64,000 nt of DNA from a virus. Lineage: Duplodnaviria > Caudoviricetes. Under the pieces are notes generated by a model. It did no database searches. It was given only the letters and a program-made list of their open reading frames with translations, and was not told the origin of the DNA. Position 1 is the first letter of the stretch, and the number at the start of each line of letters is the position of its first letter. This document shows, one piece after another, positions 19,150 through 27,132 of this stretch. The position numbers and the translations under genes are program-made. The stretch is taken from IMG/VR virus record IMGVR_UViG_3300025875_000011, positions 1 to 64,000 of that record, one strand, 5' to 3'.

Positions 19150-20042
19150 AGCCGGTGTCCTTCCAGGTAGGTCGTCTCGATCGCCTTCGACGCGAGACGG
19201 AACTGGCGGATCACGGTGTCCGCCACGTAGGAGTGGAGCCCGGGCCCGGACCGGTTGGTCTCGTCGCCCGGGATCATGATCGGACCATGACGCAGCCGGA
19301 GCCAATGCTCGGCCCGCTTGTGGGCGACCGCGGCCAGCATCACCGCGTACTGGCGCTCGTACTTTGCCGGGTCAAGGAAGATCAGCGGGTCTGCGCCGTG
19401 CTCACGGATCAGGGCCCGGTTGTCGATGATCGTCGAGTGGTCGCGGAGCGTGGCCGTCACCCACCGGCCGTTCTTGAACATCTTCAACTGCCCGTAGCGG
19501 AACCCCTGGCCCCACGACGACGAGTCCACCGAGTAGAACGGGAAGTCGCGCAGGGCCTGCCACACGTTCAGGCCGAACCCGTGGAACACCGCGCGGTCCC
19601 CCGCGATCCGGAACGCCTTCGCCAGCCACGGCTCGAGGATCTTCCACGAGTTCCCGAGCAGCTTGCCGAGCGCGATGTACGTGTGGCCGGCCTCGATGTA
19701 CTTCTCCAGCCACTCCCACGGCTCCCCGGTGTGGAACACGGGCAGGACCTTCAACCCGTGGACCTCCTCCAAGATCCGCTGGTTCCGCCAGGTGTTCGCC
19801 GGCGCGCCGATCACGTCGAGGTTCGACACCACGTCGAGGTGGCGTCCCCACCGCTTCACCCATGCCGCGTACTCGTCCACACGCAGATCCACACCCTGTG
19901 TACGAGCCGAGTGAGCGCCGGAGTCCGCGAAGACGAGCGGCTTCTGGCCGGTGACCGCGCCGACGACCTCGTCCATGTCGTGGTCCTTGAAGTACCAGTA
20001 CGAGCACAGCATCTTGAACCGGCCGTCGATCGGCACGCTCAC
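19146..20042 (-). CDS. dpdA: DNA 7-deazaguanine transglycosylase (TGT-like)
   Basis: FADSGAHS, NLDVIG, LPVFHTG, FHGFG and YSVDSSSW motifs; clustered with folE/queD/queE. Confidence 0.9.
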   Translation of the reverse strand: MSVPIDGRFKMLCSYWYFKDHDMDEVVGAVTGQKPLVFADSGAHSARTQGVDLRVDEYAAWVKRWGRHLDVVSNLDVIGAPANTWRNQRILEEVHGLKVLPVFHTGEPWEWLEKYIEAGHTYIALGKLLGNSWKILEPWLAKAFRIAGDRAVFHGFGLNVWQALRDFPFYSVDSSSWGQGFRYGQLKMFKNGRWVTATLRDHSTIIDNRALIREHGADPLIFLDPAKYERQYAVMLAAVAHKRAEHWLRLRHGPIMIPGDETNRSGPGLHSYVADTVIRQFRLASKAIETTYLEGHRL

Positions 20043-20236
20043 CGCGACGCCCCCAGGCACGGGTTCGGACCGTCCGCGGGGCACGGGACGGCGGCCGGGT
20101 GCGCGAGGTGGCCGTACTCGACGTCGGCCGACTGGCACCGGTAGAGCCCCGGGCGGCCTTCACGCGTCAGGTGGACCCACCCGTCGTGGCCGTCGGTGAT
20201 CACCCCGACGCCACAGTGGACGCACGAGTCAGCCAT
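20039..20236 (-). CDS. Small Cys/His-rich hypothetical protein
   Basis: 65 aa, CxxC, overlapping start/stop packing. Confidence 0.55.
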   Translation of the reverse strand: MADSCVHCGVGVITDGHDGWVHLTREGRPGLYRCQSADVEYGHLAHPAAVPCPADGPNPCLGASR

Positions 20237-20396
20237 TGGGCGGCTTCGGAGTGGTGGCCGCGACTATCTGGCCGATGACGACCAGGGCCTGGGTCTCGGT
20301 GAACCCCTCGAGCGTCAGGGCGAGGAACAGCTGGCGCAGCGTCTTGGCGAACTTCCTCGACGTGGCGTCCGGTTCGACGGGCCCGTTGTCAGCCAT
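20229..20396 (-). CDS. Small hypothetical protein (55 aa, not in ORF track)
   Basis: Manual translation MADNGPVEPDATSRKFAKTLRQLFLALTLEGFTETQALVVIGQIVAATTPKPPNG. Confidence 0.6.
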   Translation of the reverse strand: MADNGPVEPDATSRKFAKTLRQLFLALTLEGFTETQALVVIGQIVAATTPKPPNG

Positions 20397-20541
20397 GAGC
20401 GGACCTCTCGACCCCGCACGTCAAGCAGACCTCGATCTTCACGGGACCGCCCAGCGCCGGGTCCCCTCCGGTGGGGTCCGTCCATCCCCACGACGGCGTG
20501 TGGGGTCGGCTCTGCTGGAGCCACTCCAGCCACTTACCCAC
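20389..20541 (-). CDS. Small hypothetical protein (50 aa, not in ORF track)
   Basis: Manual translation MGKWLEWLQQSRPHTPSWGWTDPTGGDPALGGPVKIEVCLTCGVERSAHG; overlaps both neighbours by 8 bp. Confidence 0.45.
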   Translation of the reverse strand: MGKWLEWLQQSRPHTPSWGWTDPTGGDPALGGPVKIEVCLTCGVERSAHG

Positions 20542-20923
20542 GGCCGGCCTCCGAGATCATGGCCGGGTCCGGTACGACCACGATGCGGGGGCCGACCTCC
20601 GCGATCCGGACGACGGCGTCGGTCAGCCGGTCGACGCGCTTCCGCTCGTCGTCGTAGTCGCGCCGCAGCGCGCGGGTGTCATGACCGGTCCCGCCGAAGT
20701 AGTCGGCCAGGGCCTCGTACAGCGCGCGGGCCTCCTCCTCGTTGAGCCGCAGGTACTCCGTCGACCCCTCGGGGACGACGGCCTGCTCACCCGGCTGGAC
20801 GAACACCCGGCTCGGGCCTGTCTCCAAGGGCCAGACCCGTAGGCCCCCGGCAGCGCCGATGACGGCCCGGACCCCGAAGAACTGGGCGTCGTACTCGACG
20901 CGCGCGCGGACCGCGTCAGGCAT
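20534..20923 (-). CDS. Hypothetical protein
   Basis: 129 aa, packed in operon, GC3 bias. Confidence 0.65.
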   Translation of the reverse strand: MPDAVRARVEYDAQFFGVRAVIGAAGGLRVWPLETGPSRVFVQPGEQAVVPEGSTEYLRLNEEEARALYEALADYFGGTGHDTRALRRDYDDERKRVDRLTDAVVRIAEVGPRIVVVPDPAMISEAGRG

Positions 20924-21542
20924 GGTCGGCCCGGTCGCTCGCGTTGTGACGGCCGGCCTCGACCTCGGAGAGCAGCGCCAGCAGCTTCACGACGTCGTTC
21001 TCGCCCTGGTGGTGGTCGAGCGCGTCTCGCCAGCGGTCCATCGTGTCGGGGGTGACCTTGAGCCGGATCTCGGGCCAGAACAGTTCGTCGTCCGGGTCAC
21101 CACCACCCGTCCCGCCCGGACCGCCACCGGACTGCGGCACGGACATCAGGAGTTCGAGGTCGGAGAGTTCCCGGTCGGTGTAGCCGGACCCTGCGAGGTC
21201 GGCCAGCTCCTTGAGCGATGCGAGCAGAGCCTCCTCGTCGGTCGTGCCCTTGGCCCCGTACGCGTTGTCCCCGAGGTTGATCCGTCGGGCGTGGTCGGGG
21301 TTGTCGGTCTTGACGAGGAACACCGGGATCGTGTCGGCGTCGTCGACCATCGCGGCCTTGTACCGGTGGTTCCCGGCCAGGATCTCCTTTGTCTCGCTGT
21401 CGACGACGATGGCCCCGTAGAAGCCGTTCTCGTCCAGCGACTCCCCGATCGCCTCCACGTCGCCGCGGCGGGGGTTCCCGGGGAACTCAGCCAGTTGCCC
21501 CATCGGGAACTCGGCCACGTACTCCTGCTCCAGCACTCGCAC
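20916..21542 (-). CDS. ParB/Srx-like domain protein
   Basis: GNPRRGDVEAIGESLDENGFYGAIVVD...ILAGNHRYKAA...LGDN ParB N-terminal signature. Confidence 0.88.
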   Translation of the reverse strand: MRVLEQEYVAEFPMGQLAEFPGNPRRGDVEAIGESLDENGFYGAIVVDSETKEILAGNHRYKAAMVDDADTIPVFLVKTDNPDHARRINLGDNAYGAKGTTDEEALLASLKELADLAGSGYTDRELSDLELLMSVPQSGGGPGGTGGGDPDDELFWPEIRLKVTPDTMDRWRDALDHHQGENDVVKLLALLSEVEAGRHNASDRADHA

Positions 21543-21903
21543 TGGGTGATGCTCCTTCGGTCATGGCCGTCAGGCCTTCGAGGTCGTAGCGCAGCGTCGT
21601 CCACCACATGTCGTCGGGGTCCTCGGCGTAGTGGACGGTCTCCACCCGGTACGGGGAGCCGCCACCGTTCGGCCCTTCGAGCACGAGGATGTCACCCACG
21701 GCGATCCCGCGTCCCCAGCCGACGGCCTCCCCGTGCTGTCCTGCGGTCCCTGGCGTGGGGGTCCACGTGTAGTCGTGGCCCCACCCGCGCCGGGTGTAGT
21801 CGTGGATCTCAGCCATGACCAGGAACCGGTTCACCCTCATGTGCCCCGGAGCCCGGGTTTCGGGGGGTCGGAGCGTGAACGGCTTCACGGTCGCCGCCCG
21901 CAT
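21487..21903 (-). CDS. Hypothetical protein (start uncertain)
   Basis: In-operon ORF; GIAVGDILVL...YRVETVHY core. Confidence 0.55.
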   Translation of the reverse strand: MRAATVKPFTLRPPETRAPGHMRVNRFLVMAEIHDYTRRGWGHDYTWTPTPGTAGQHGEAVGWGRGIAVGDILVLEGPNGGGSPYRVETVHYAEDPDDMWWTTLRYDLEGLTAMTEGASPSASAGAGVRGRVPDGATG

Positions 21904-22069
21904 CGCCCTCGTACAGCGCGACCATGCTCCTCAGCGCCTCCGAGATCCCTCGACAGCGGTCCTCAGCCTCGTACCGAGCGCGTCCCCGGAACTCCTCGCC
22001 CGTCCTCTCGACCTCGCTCGCAGCACGGAGGACGATCTCCACGGCCTCCTGCTGGACGGTCCACGTCAC
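21809..22069 (-). CDS. Hypothetical protein
   Basis: GTG start overlapping the upstream stop, helical content. Confidence 0.45.
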   Translation of the reverse strand: MTWTVQQEAVEIVLRAASEVERTGEEFRGRARYEAEDRCRGISEALRSMVALYEGDAGGDREAVHAPTPRNPGSGAHEGEPVPGHG

Positions 22070-22326
22070 GACAGCACCGGCCCCTCCACCCGGAACACCC
22101 GCGAGCACGGAGCCCCGCCAGGTGGGACAGGCTTCGCTCGAGGCCGCAGCTCGACGACGTCAGGCTCGCCCAGGACCCGGCCGGCCGCGGCCGAGCGTCT
22201 CCACATCTCGACCGCGAGCGCGCGCTGCTCCGCGATCGCCTCGTCCGAGGTCACCGAGTCGAGGACCGGGTGCTCGTAGTTGTGGCGGGCCTGGTGGCCG
22301 AGCGTCCGGTACGACGGGACGCTCAC
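22066..22326 (-). CDS. Hypothetical protein
   Basis: 86 aa, 4-bp overlaps on both sides. Confidence 0.5.
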   Translation of the reverse strand: MSVPSYRTLGHQARHNYEHPVLDSVTSDEAIAEQRALAVEMWRRSAAAGRVLGEPDVVELRPRAKPVPPGGAPCSRVFRVEGPVLS

Positions 22327-22589
22327 GACTTCGGGGGGACCGCGATCGTCAGGTTCAGACCGATCGACCCTCCCTGGCCTCCGCTGATGTTGTCCCAGCC
22401 CATGACCGTGACGGTGGCCCCGATCTCGGTGGGGTGCTCACCGCTGTCCTCGACGATCTGAGACGCGGCGATGAGGCCGGCCTCCAGGAGTGCGAGGTGG
22501 GGCACGTCGAGCGTGCTCGTGTCCAGCTGCGTGGCTGCGTCGCGGACCGACTGACGCGGGGCGACGGTGAGCGTACGGGTGAAGGTCAT
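22323..22589 (-). CDS. Hypothetical protein (first gene of the leftward block)
   Basis: ATG 22589 with GGAGG SD; 88 aa. Confidence 0.6.
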   Translation of the reverse strand: MTFTRTLTVAPRQSVRDAATQLDTSTLDVPHLALLEAGLIAASQIVEDSGEHPTEIGATVTVMGWDNISGGQGGSIGLNLTIAVPPKS

Positions 22590-22639
22590 GCCTCCGGAGC
22601 GTAGGGGAACCCCCTGGTCAGGGCCACCTCCTGGCACAC

Positions 22640-22760
22640 AGAAACCGGAAAAACTCGTCCGCGACTGCGCGCGCTAAACCCAAGGTCGGGGTGCGCGGGT
22701 GCCCGGGGGGTCCCCCCCAGGGGGGCTGAGGGCGAGGGGCCGGGTGCGCGGGGCGAGGCG
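22640..22760. other. Probable genome-end / packaging (cos) region
   Basis: Non-coding, directly upstream of the terminase-containing block; G/C homopolymer dyads (gggggtccccccagggggg) and an A-tract GAAACCGGAAAAACTC; position inferred only. Confidence 0.3.
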
Positions 22761-22921
22761 GGGGCATGCGGGGCCAGGCGATGGGGAGGCGTGAGGAGGT
22801 GTGCCGCACAGGGGGAGGCGCGCAGGGGGCGACGTGTGACCACGCACAGGCATGAGGAGTTGATGATCTTGGTGTGTGTGGGCGTGTGTGTGCTCAGGCA
22901 TGAGTGAGGGGGACGCACATG

Positions 22922-23074
22922 CACCACGGGGAGGCATGAGCGGAGGGGGCGCAGGGCACAGGGATGAGCGGAGCGCACGCACATGCACCACCACCACCAC
23001 CACGGGGTGGGGGGCAGGCACCACGGGGGACGCACGCACCACGCACCACCACGGGGACGCGTCGCACCACGGGG
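22922..23074 (+). repeat. Five direct copies of CACCACGGGG
   Basis: Copies at 22922, 22998, 23019, 23047 and 23065, three followed by (G)ACGC. Confidence 0.8.
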
Positions 23075-23667
23075 ACGCACGCGCATGTGTGTGTGCGCGG
23101 TCGCAGGCGGGGGCGTGCTGGCCTCAGGGGGGGCGTGTGGCGTGAGGGACGCACATAGGAGCTCCGCTGGCAGGACCCCCGTGCAGGGTCGCGCAGGGGT
23201 ATGTCGACCAGGCCGCACAGGGGTAGGTGCGAAGGGGTAGGGGGCGAGCGCCAGGACCATGATCATTTGGGGCGCAGGGGTGGGTCTGGTCTCAGAGTGT
23301 GGGACGGATGATCATGGTTTCATCTCACCCCTTGGTACGGGAGGGGGTAGGGCCGGCACGAGTTTTCTGGACGTTCCTCCTAGTGGGAGCGTATTTCGGG
23401 GGGTCCGGCCAGATTGGTCTAGCGGGAAGGGTTGACAGGGGGGAGGGTGCGGACGCATGGTTTGACCAGTTCCACCGCAGCACCGCTCCACTTCTCCCCC
23501 CTCACGGGGGGAACGGGATCGGGTCAGTCTCGGTAGCGGACCCGGATCGTTGAAAACTTCACAGTGTGTTCCTCCTCCTGTCTCTCACAGGGGGAGCCGG
23601 TGACTTCGGTCCCCGGCTCCGCTTGTGTCCACTCGGAACCGTTCCGAGTGGCCTAACAGGAGGAACC

Positions 23668-24297
23668 ATGTCCACCACCACCACCACCAAGGTCACCCCG
23701 TCGTCCACCAAGGTCACGGGGTCCAAGGTCCGGACCGCACCCGCGATCCCTGTCAACGCTGAGGGATTCTCGACCAAGGTCCGGGACGCGCTCGCTCTGA
23801 GCGTGTCCAAGGGTGTCGGAGAGGTCCGGGTCCGCGTCGCGGACGCTTCGGACCGCGCGGAGGTCCGGAAGGTCCAGAAGCGCGTCCAGGCGATCGGGTA
23901 CAGCGCGGGTTTCAACGCGAACTTTCGCGTGACGCTCGCTGGCGACATCCTCACGGGGAAGGTCCAGGACCTCACCCGGGAGAGCGGTCGCCCCGGTCAG
24001 ACGGACCCCACGGCCAAGACGCCGGGGACCCGCTCCACGTTCGAGGGTTGGACCCCCGCGCAGATCAGCGCGTGGAAGAAGGCCCACCCCGTCAACGCGA
24101 AGGGGGACGCGAAGGTCACCCCGAAGGGGACCAAGAGCGCGACCAAGAGCGCGACCAAGGTCCCCGCGAAGCGCGTCACGGTCCGGAAGGTCACCAAGAG
24201 CGCGAAGGTCGCTCAGACCGTCCCGCAGTCGCTCGCAGGGGTGACCAGCGCGACCCCCGTCGACACCGCGACGGTGACCACCACCAAGAAGTCCTGA
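23668..24297 (+). CDS. Basic K/T/A-rich protein, paralogue of 29698-30747
   Basis: SD AGGAGG; core RKVQKRVQAIGYSAGFNANF; histone-like tail. Confidence 0.8.
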   Translation: MSTTTTTKVTPSSTKVTGSKVRTAPAIPVNAEGFSTKVRDALALSVSKGVGEVRVRVADASDRAEVRKVQKRVQAIGYSAGFNANFRVTLAGDILTGKVQDLTRESGRPGQTDPTAKTPGTRSTFEGWTPAQISAWKKAHPVNAKGDAKVTPKGTKSATKSATKVPAKRVTVRKVTKSAKVAQTVPQSLAGVTSATPVDTATVTTTKKS

Positions 24298-24320
24298 CCA
24301 GGAGGAACCGAGCAACGACC

Positions 24321-24354
24321 GGGATACCCGGACCCCACGGGGTCCGGGTGTCCC
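24321..24354 (+). terminator. Hairpin (probable terminator)
   Basis: gggatacccggacccc-ac-ggggtccgggtgtccc just after the 24297 stop. Confidence 0.5.
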
Positions 24355-24392
24355 GGGGTCCGCTCGGACCGCTCACCACCACAGGAGGAACC

Positions 24393-24608
24393 GTGCCCAC
24401 CACTATCCGGGCCGCGTACGTCACCCACGACCGTAGGGGCCGCCTGTTGCTGCCCGTCCGGATCATGGCCGACCCCCGCACCCGTACGGCCGTCGTCGCC
24501 CGTCCTGACCCTTGGGGCTACGGGTGCCTGACAGGCCCCGAGGTCCCCATGCCGGGACTCGTCTTCCCGCTCACCCGGCTCGACGCTCTCGGCCGACCTC
24601 ACCCGTAG
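24393..24608 (+). CDS. Hypothetical protein
   Basis: CACCACCAC-AGGAGGAACC-GTG leader. Confidence 0.65.
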   Translation: MPTTIRAAYVTHDRRGRLLLPVRIMADPRTRTAVVARPDPWGYGCLTGPEVPMPGLVFPLTRLDALGRPHP

Positions 24609-24691
24609 CCCGAACGCTCAGAGATGGGCCATCTCCCCACAGGAGGTGGCCCGTCGGGTCCGTTCGGACCGCCACCACCACAGGAGGAACC

Positions 24692-25027
24692 GTGACCACC
24701 ACTGCCTACAGGGCCGACGAGTGGGATCGCTTCAACGCGATGCCCGCGCCGGCCGAGGTGTTCATCATGACGTGCCCCGAGGGCCACCAGTCCGAGTGGA
24801 GCCACCGTGAGTGGCACATGCTCGACACCGGTGCCTGTCCTCGTGAGTGCCCGGGTCGGATCGACTTCGCCCACGCCCGTCGCCACGTCGACTGCCCGTG
24901 TGACGAGGAGGTCCTAACCGCGCCTGGAGATCTCGATACCGCGCCTGCGGGAGAGACCCCTACCGCGCCTGCACTTCGGAATCCGCGGGCCGTCCGTCGC
25001 TTCCCCACCTTCATCCCGAGGGCCTAA
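24692..25027 (+). CDS. Cys/His-rich hypothetical protein
   Basis: Same leader motif; 3' end reads through three ACCGCGCCT repeats (TAP x3). Confidence 0.65.
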   Translation: MTTTAYRADEWDRFNAMPAPAEVFIMTCPEGHQSEWSHREWHMLDTGACPRECPGRIDFAHARRHVDCPCDEEVLTAPGDLDTAPAGETPTAPALRNPRAVRRFPTFIPRA

Positions 25028-25135
25028 CCGCGCCTCGAGATCGAAACCGCGCCTGGACCGTCGAAGGTGAGGCCACACCGCGCCTGGTGTGACCGCGCCT
25101 GGTCTGTCCAGACCACCACCACCACAGGAGGAACC

Positions 25136-25471
25136 ATGAAGATCACCCGTGCCGCTGCCGCGCTCGCGCTCGCCGCTGCCCTCGTCGTGGGGGTACCGGC
25201 CACCGCGTCCGAGGCCGCGTCCAGGCCGACGAGGGCCGACCGTCACGCGATGGTCGAGGCCAACCACGCCTGTACCGCCGCGCCTGACGAGTCGACGTAC
25301 GAGAACTGCGTCGTCGGTGCCTTCGTCCAGGCCCGCCACCGCTACATCGACGAACGGTTCTACGTCGCCGACTACTCGGACGCCGACCCCACCGTCTACT
25401 CCGAGCCCGAGGGAACCGGTCCTGTGCCGTGTACCTGCGTCCGCCTCACCCGCGCCTCGAAGAAGATCTGA
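25136..25471 (+). CDS. Secreted hypothetical protein
   Basis: Signal peptide MKITRAAAALALAAALVVGVPATA; four Cys; leader motif. Confidence 0.75.
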   Translation: MKITRAAAALALAAALVVGVPATASEAASRPTRADRHAMVEANHACTAAPDESTYENCVVGAFVQARHRYIDERFYVADYSDADPTVYSEPEGTGPVPCTCVRLTRASKKI

Positions 25472-25560
25472 CCGCGCCTGAGCTGCCTACCGTCCCCCAG
25501 GGCCACACCGTCCCTGGAGGGCCAGGACTGCTCAGTCCACCGCCACCCACAGGAGGAACC

Positions 25561-25896
25561 ATGACCGCTGCCCACATCTACGGGGCGTGTGGCGTCGAGG
25601 ACTGCCGGGACTGTCTCCCGACTTTCTCCGACGACAACCAGGTGTTGACCGAGGCCGAGACCTACGTCTCGGGCGAGCTCATCACGGGCGTCACGGCGGC
25701 CGGCTCCCACTTCACCGTGGACAGCCGCGTCGACCGGTACCACCGCGCCTCCAGCCACGTCATCACCGGCTACACCCCGAACGGGCGCTCCGACTACTAC
25801 ATGCGGAACGTGTCCTACCGCGACGCCATGATGAACCTCGCGAACGCCGAGCGTGCCGGGTGGACGAACCTGGCCCTTGGGATCGAGGGGTTCTGA
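25561..25896 (+). CDS. Hypothetical protein (N-terminal CxxxxCxxC)
   Basis: Leader motif and SD; GC3 bias. Confidence 0.75.
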   Translation: MTAAHIYGACGVEDCRDCLPTFSDDNQVLTEAETYVSGELITGVTAAGSHFTVDSRVDRYHRASSHVITGYTPNGRSDYYMRNVSYRDAMMNLANAERAGWTNLALGIEGF

Positions 25897-25981
25897 ACCG
25901 CGCCTGAGTGATCAGGGTGAGGCCCCCGTACGCGGGGACCGCGCCTGGACTACTCAGTCCGCCACCACCACAGGAGGAACC

Positions 25982-26437
25982 ATGCCAGCAGCACTCACCG
26001 TCCAGCACGCGGTCGGCTCGGAGGTCCACATCGTCCCCGAGTACGCCTCCAGCTGGCCCGCGCGGTCGATGGCCGAGCACGGGACGTTCATCGTGGAAGC
26101 GGTGCCGGGGACCCGGGGCCGGACGACGTACGCCTTGCGCCACAAGACGTCCGAGCGGATCCGGTTGAAGGCCCACGCCTACATGCTCGCAGCCGGCCCT
26201 CACCCGTCGTTCGCCGGGATCGAGGCCGTGCCGCTGCCCGCGGTCCACCTCAACGGCACGGTCGTCGAGTTCAAGGACGGCTCCCAGCCGGGCCTGTGGG
26301 TCGTCACCGGCTACACCGAGCGCGGCCACAAGGTCTTCCGGCTCGGGGGTAGCGCCGACGGTCGCCGCAACGTGTCCGGAGCTCGCCTCGAGGTCGTCAC
26401 GCTCGACGTGGGCGGGGACGAGACGGACGGGTCCTAA
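25982..26437 (+). CDS. Hypothetical protein
   Basis: Leader motif and SD. Confidence 0.75.
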   Translation: MPAALTVQHAVGSEVHIVPEYASSWPARSMAEHGTFIVEAVPGTRGRTTYALRHKTSERIRLKAHAYMLAAGPHPSFAGIEAVPLPAVHLNGTVVEFKDGSQPGLWVVTGYTERGHKVFRLGGSADGRRNVSGARLEVVTLDVGGDETDGS

Positions 26438-26513
26438 CAGCGCCTGAGCGAAGGGATTGGCCCACGGGTGGAGACACCCCTGGGCTGGTCGGTCCGCTCA
26501 GGACCCTGCCGCT

Positions 26514-26523
26514 CCGCTAGAAT
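26514..26523 (+). promoter_or_regulatory. Recurrent -10-like motif CCGC-TAGAAT
   Basis: Same motif recurs at 29277, 30830 (+) and 45755, 46771, 51635 (-), each followed by a CCACCACC-SD leader. Confidence 0.6.
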
Positions 26524-26557
26524 GGAGTGTGACAGACCACCACCACCAGGAGGAACC

Positions 26558-26992
26558 ATGACCCGCCTCACCCTCAGCCTCGACAGCGCCAGCGCCGACG
26601 AGGCCAGAGCGTTCCTGCTCGCGTACCAGCGCGCCCTCACCGAGGACGACAAGGTCGGCCTCCCGGACGGAGACATCGCCTGGGACCAGCCCACCGTCAA
26701 GGTGATGGGCCTCGGGTGGCACATCACCACGCCCTCGATCAGCGTCGAGACCGCTGCCGAGCTGATGCGCGACTTCGCGCCGGTCCCCGACACCACGGGC
26801 TCCACGTCGGGCTACTCCGACACCGACGAGTGCCTCACGTGTGGCGTCCACATCAGCGACCCCCACGACAAGTCGTGCGCCGCGCCGGCCGCGGTCGCCC
26901 AGCGGGAGGAGGACGAGCGCCACTGCCTCCTCGTCGGGAACCTCGGGGAGAACGCCGACGACTGCACCACCCACGGCCACGTCTTCCAGTAG
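26558..26992 (+). CDS. Hypothetical protein
   Basis: Leader motif and SD; C-terminal Cys/His. Confidence 0.75.
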   Translation: MTRLTLSLDSASADEARAFLLAYQRALTEDDKVGLPDGDIAWDQPTVKVMGLGWHITTPSISVETAAELMRDFAPVPDTTGSTSGYSDTDECLTCGVHISDPHDKSCAAPAAVAQREEDERHCLLVGNLGENADDCTTHGHVFQ

Positions 26993-27031
26993 CCGCGACA
27001 CGCCGGGATAGTTATCCGGTCCAGGCGTAAA

Positions 27032-27062
27032 TCGGTCCCCCACAACTGTTGTGGGGGACCGA
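27032..27062. promoter_or_regulatory. Perfect 31-bp palindrome (15+1+15), candidate operator
   Basis: TCGGTCCCCCACAAC-T-GTTGTGGGGGACCGA upstream of the DUF932 gene. Confidence 0.6.
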
Positions 27063-27132
27063 GCCGCTATGTCATACTTGTTCTAGCGGGACCTCAGACA
27101 GGGGCCCGCGCCACCACCAGGAGGATCAGATC

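Larger units (their letters stand above)
24917..26446 (+). repeat. Dispersed direct repeats ACCGCGCCT(G/C)
   Basis: Copies at 24917, 24938, 24962, 25027, 25046, 25077, 25092, 25471, 25897 and 25938; variant ACAGCGCCTG at 26437. Confidence 0.85.

Noticed and set aside
15894-22589. QueC, QueF, DpdM or GAT-QueC in the modification cluster
   Set aside because: No PP-loop SGGxDS or QueF motif in any ORF; the small neighbouring ORFs are too short or lack the motifs
22600-23560. ORFs in the G-rich region, including a poly-His start at 22983
   Set aside because: Products of CAC/GT/G-run microrepeats; no SD or coding bias
24917-25101. Possible CRISPR mini-array
   Set aside because: Repeat is only 10 bp, spacing is irregular (15-65 nt) and no cas genes are present
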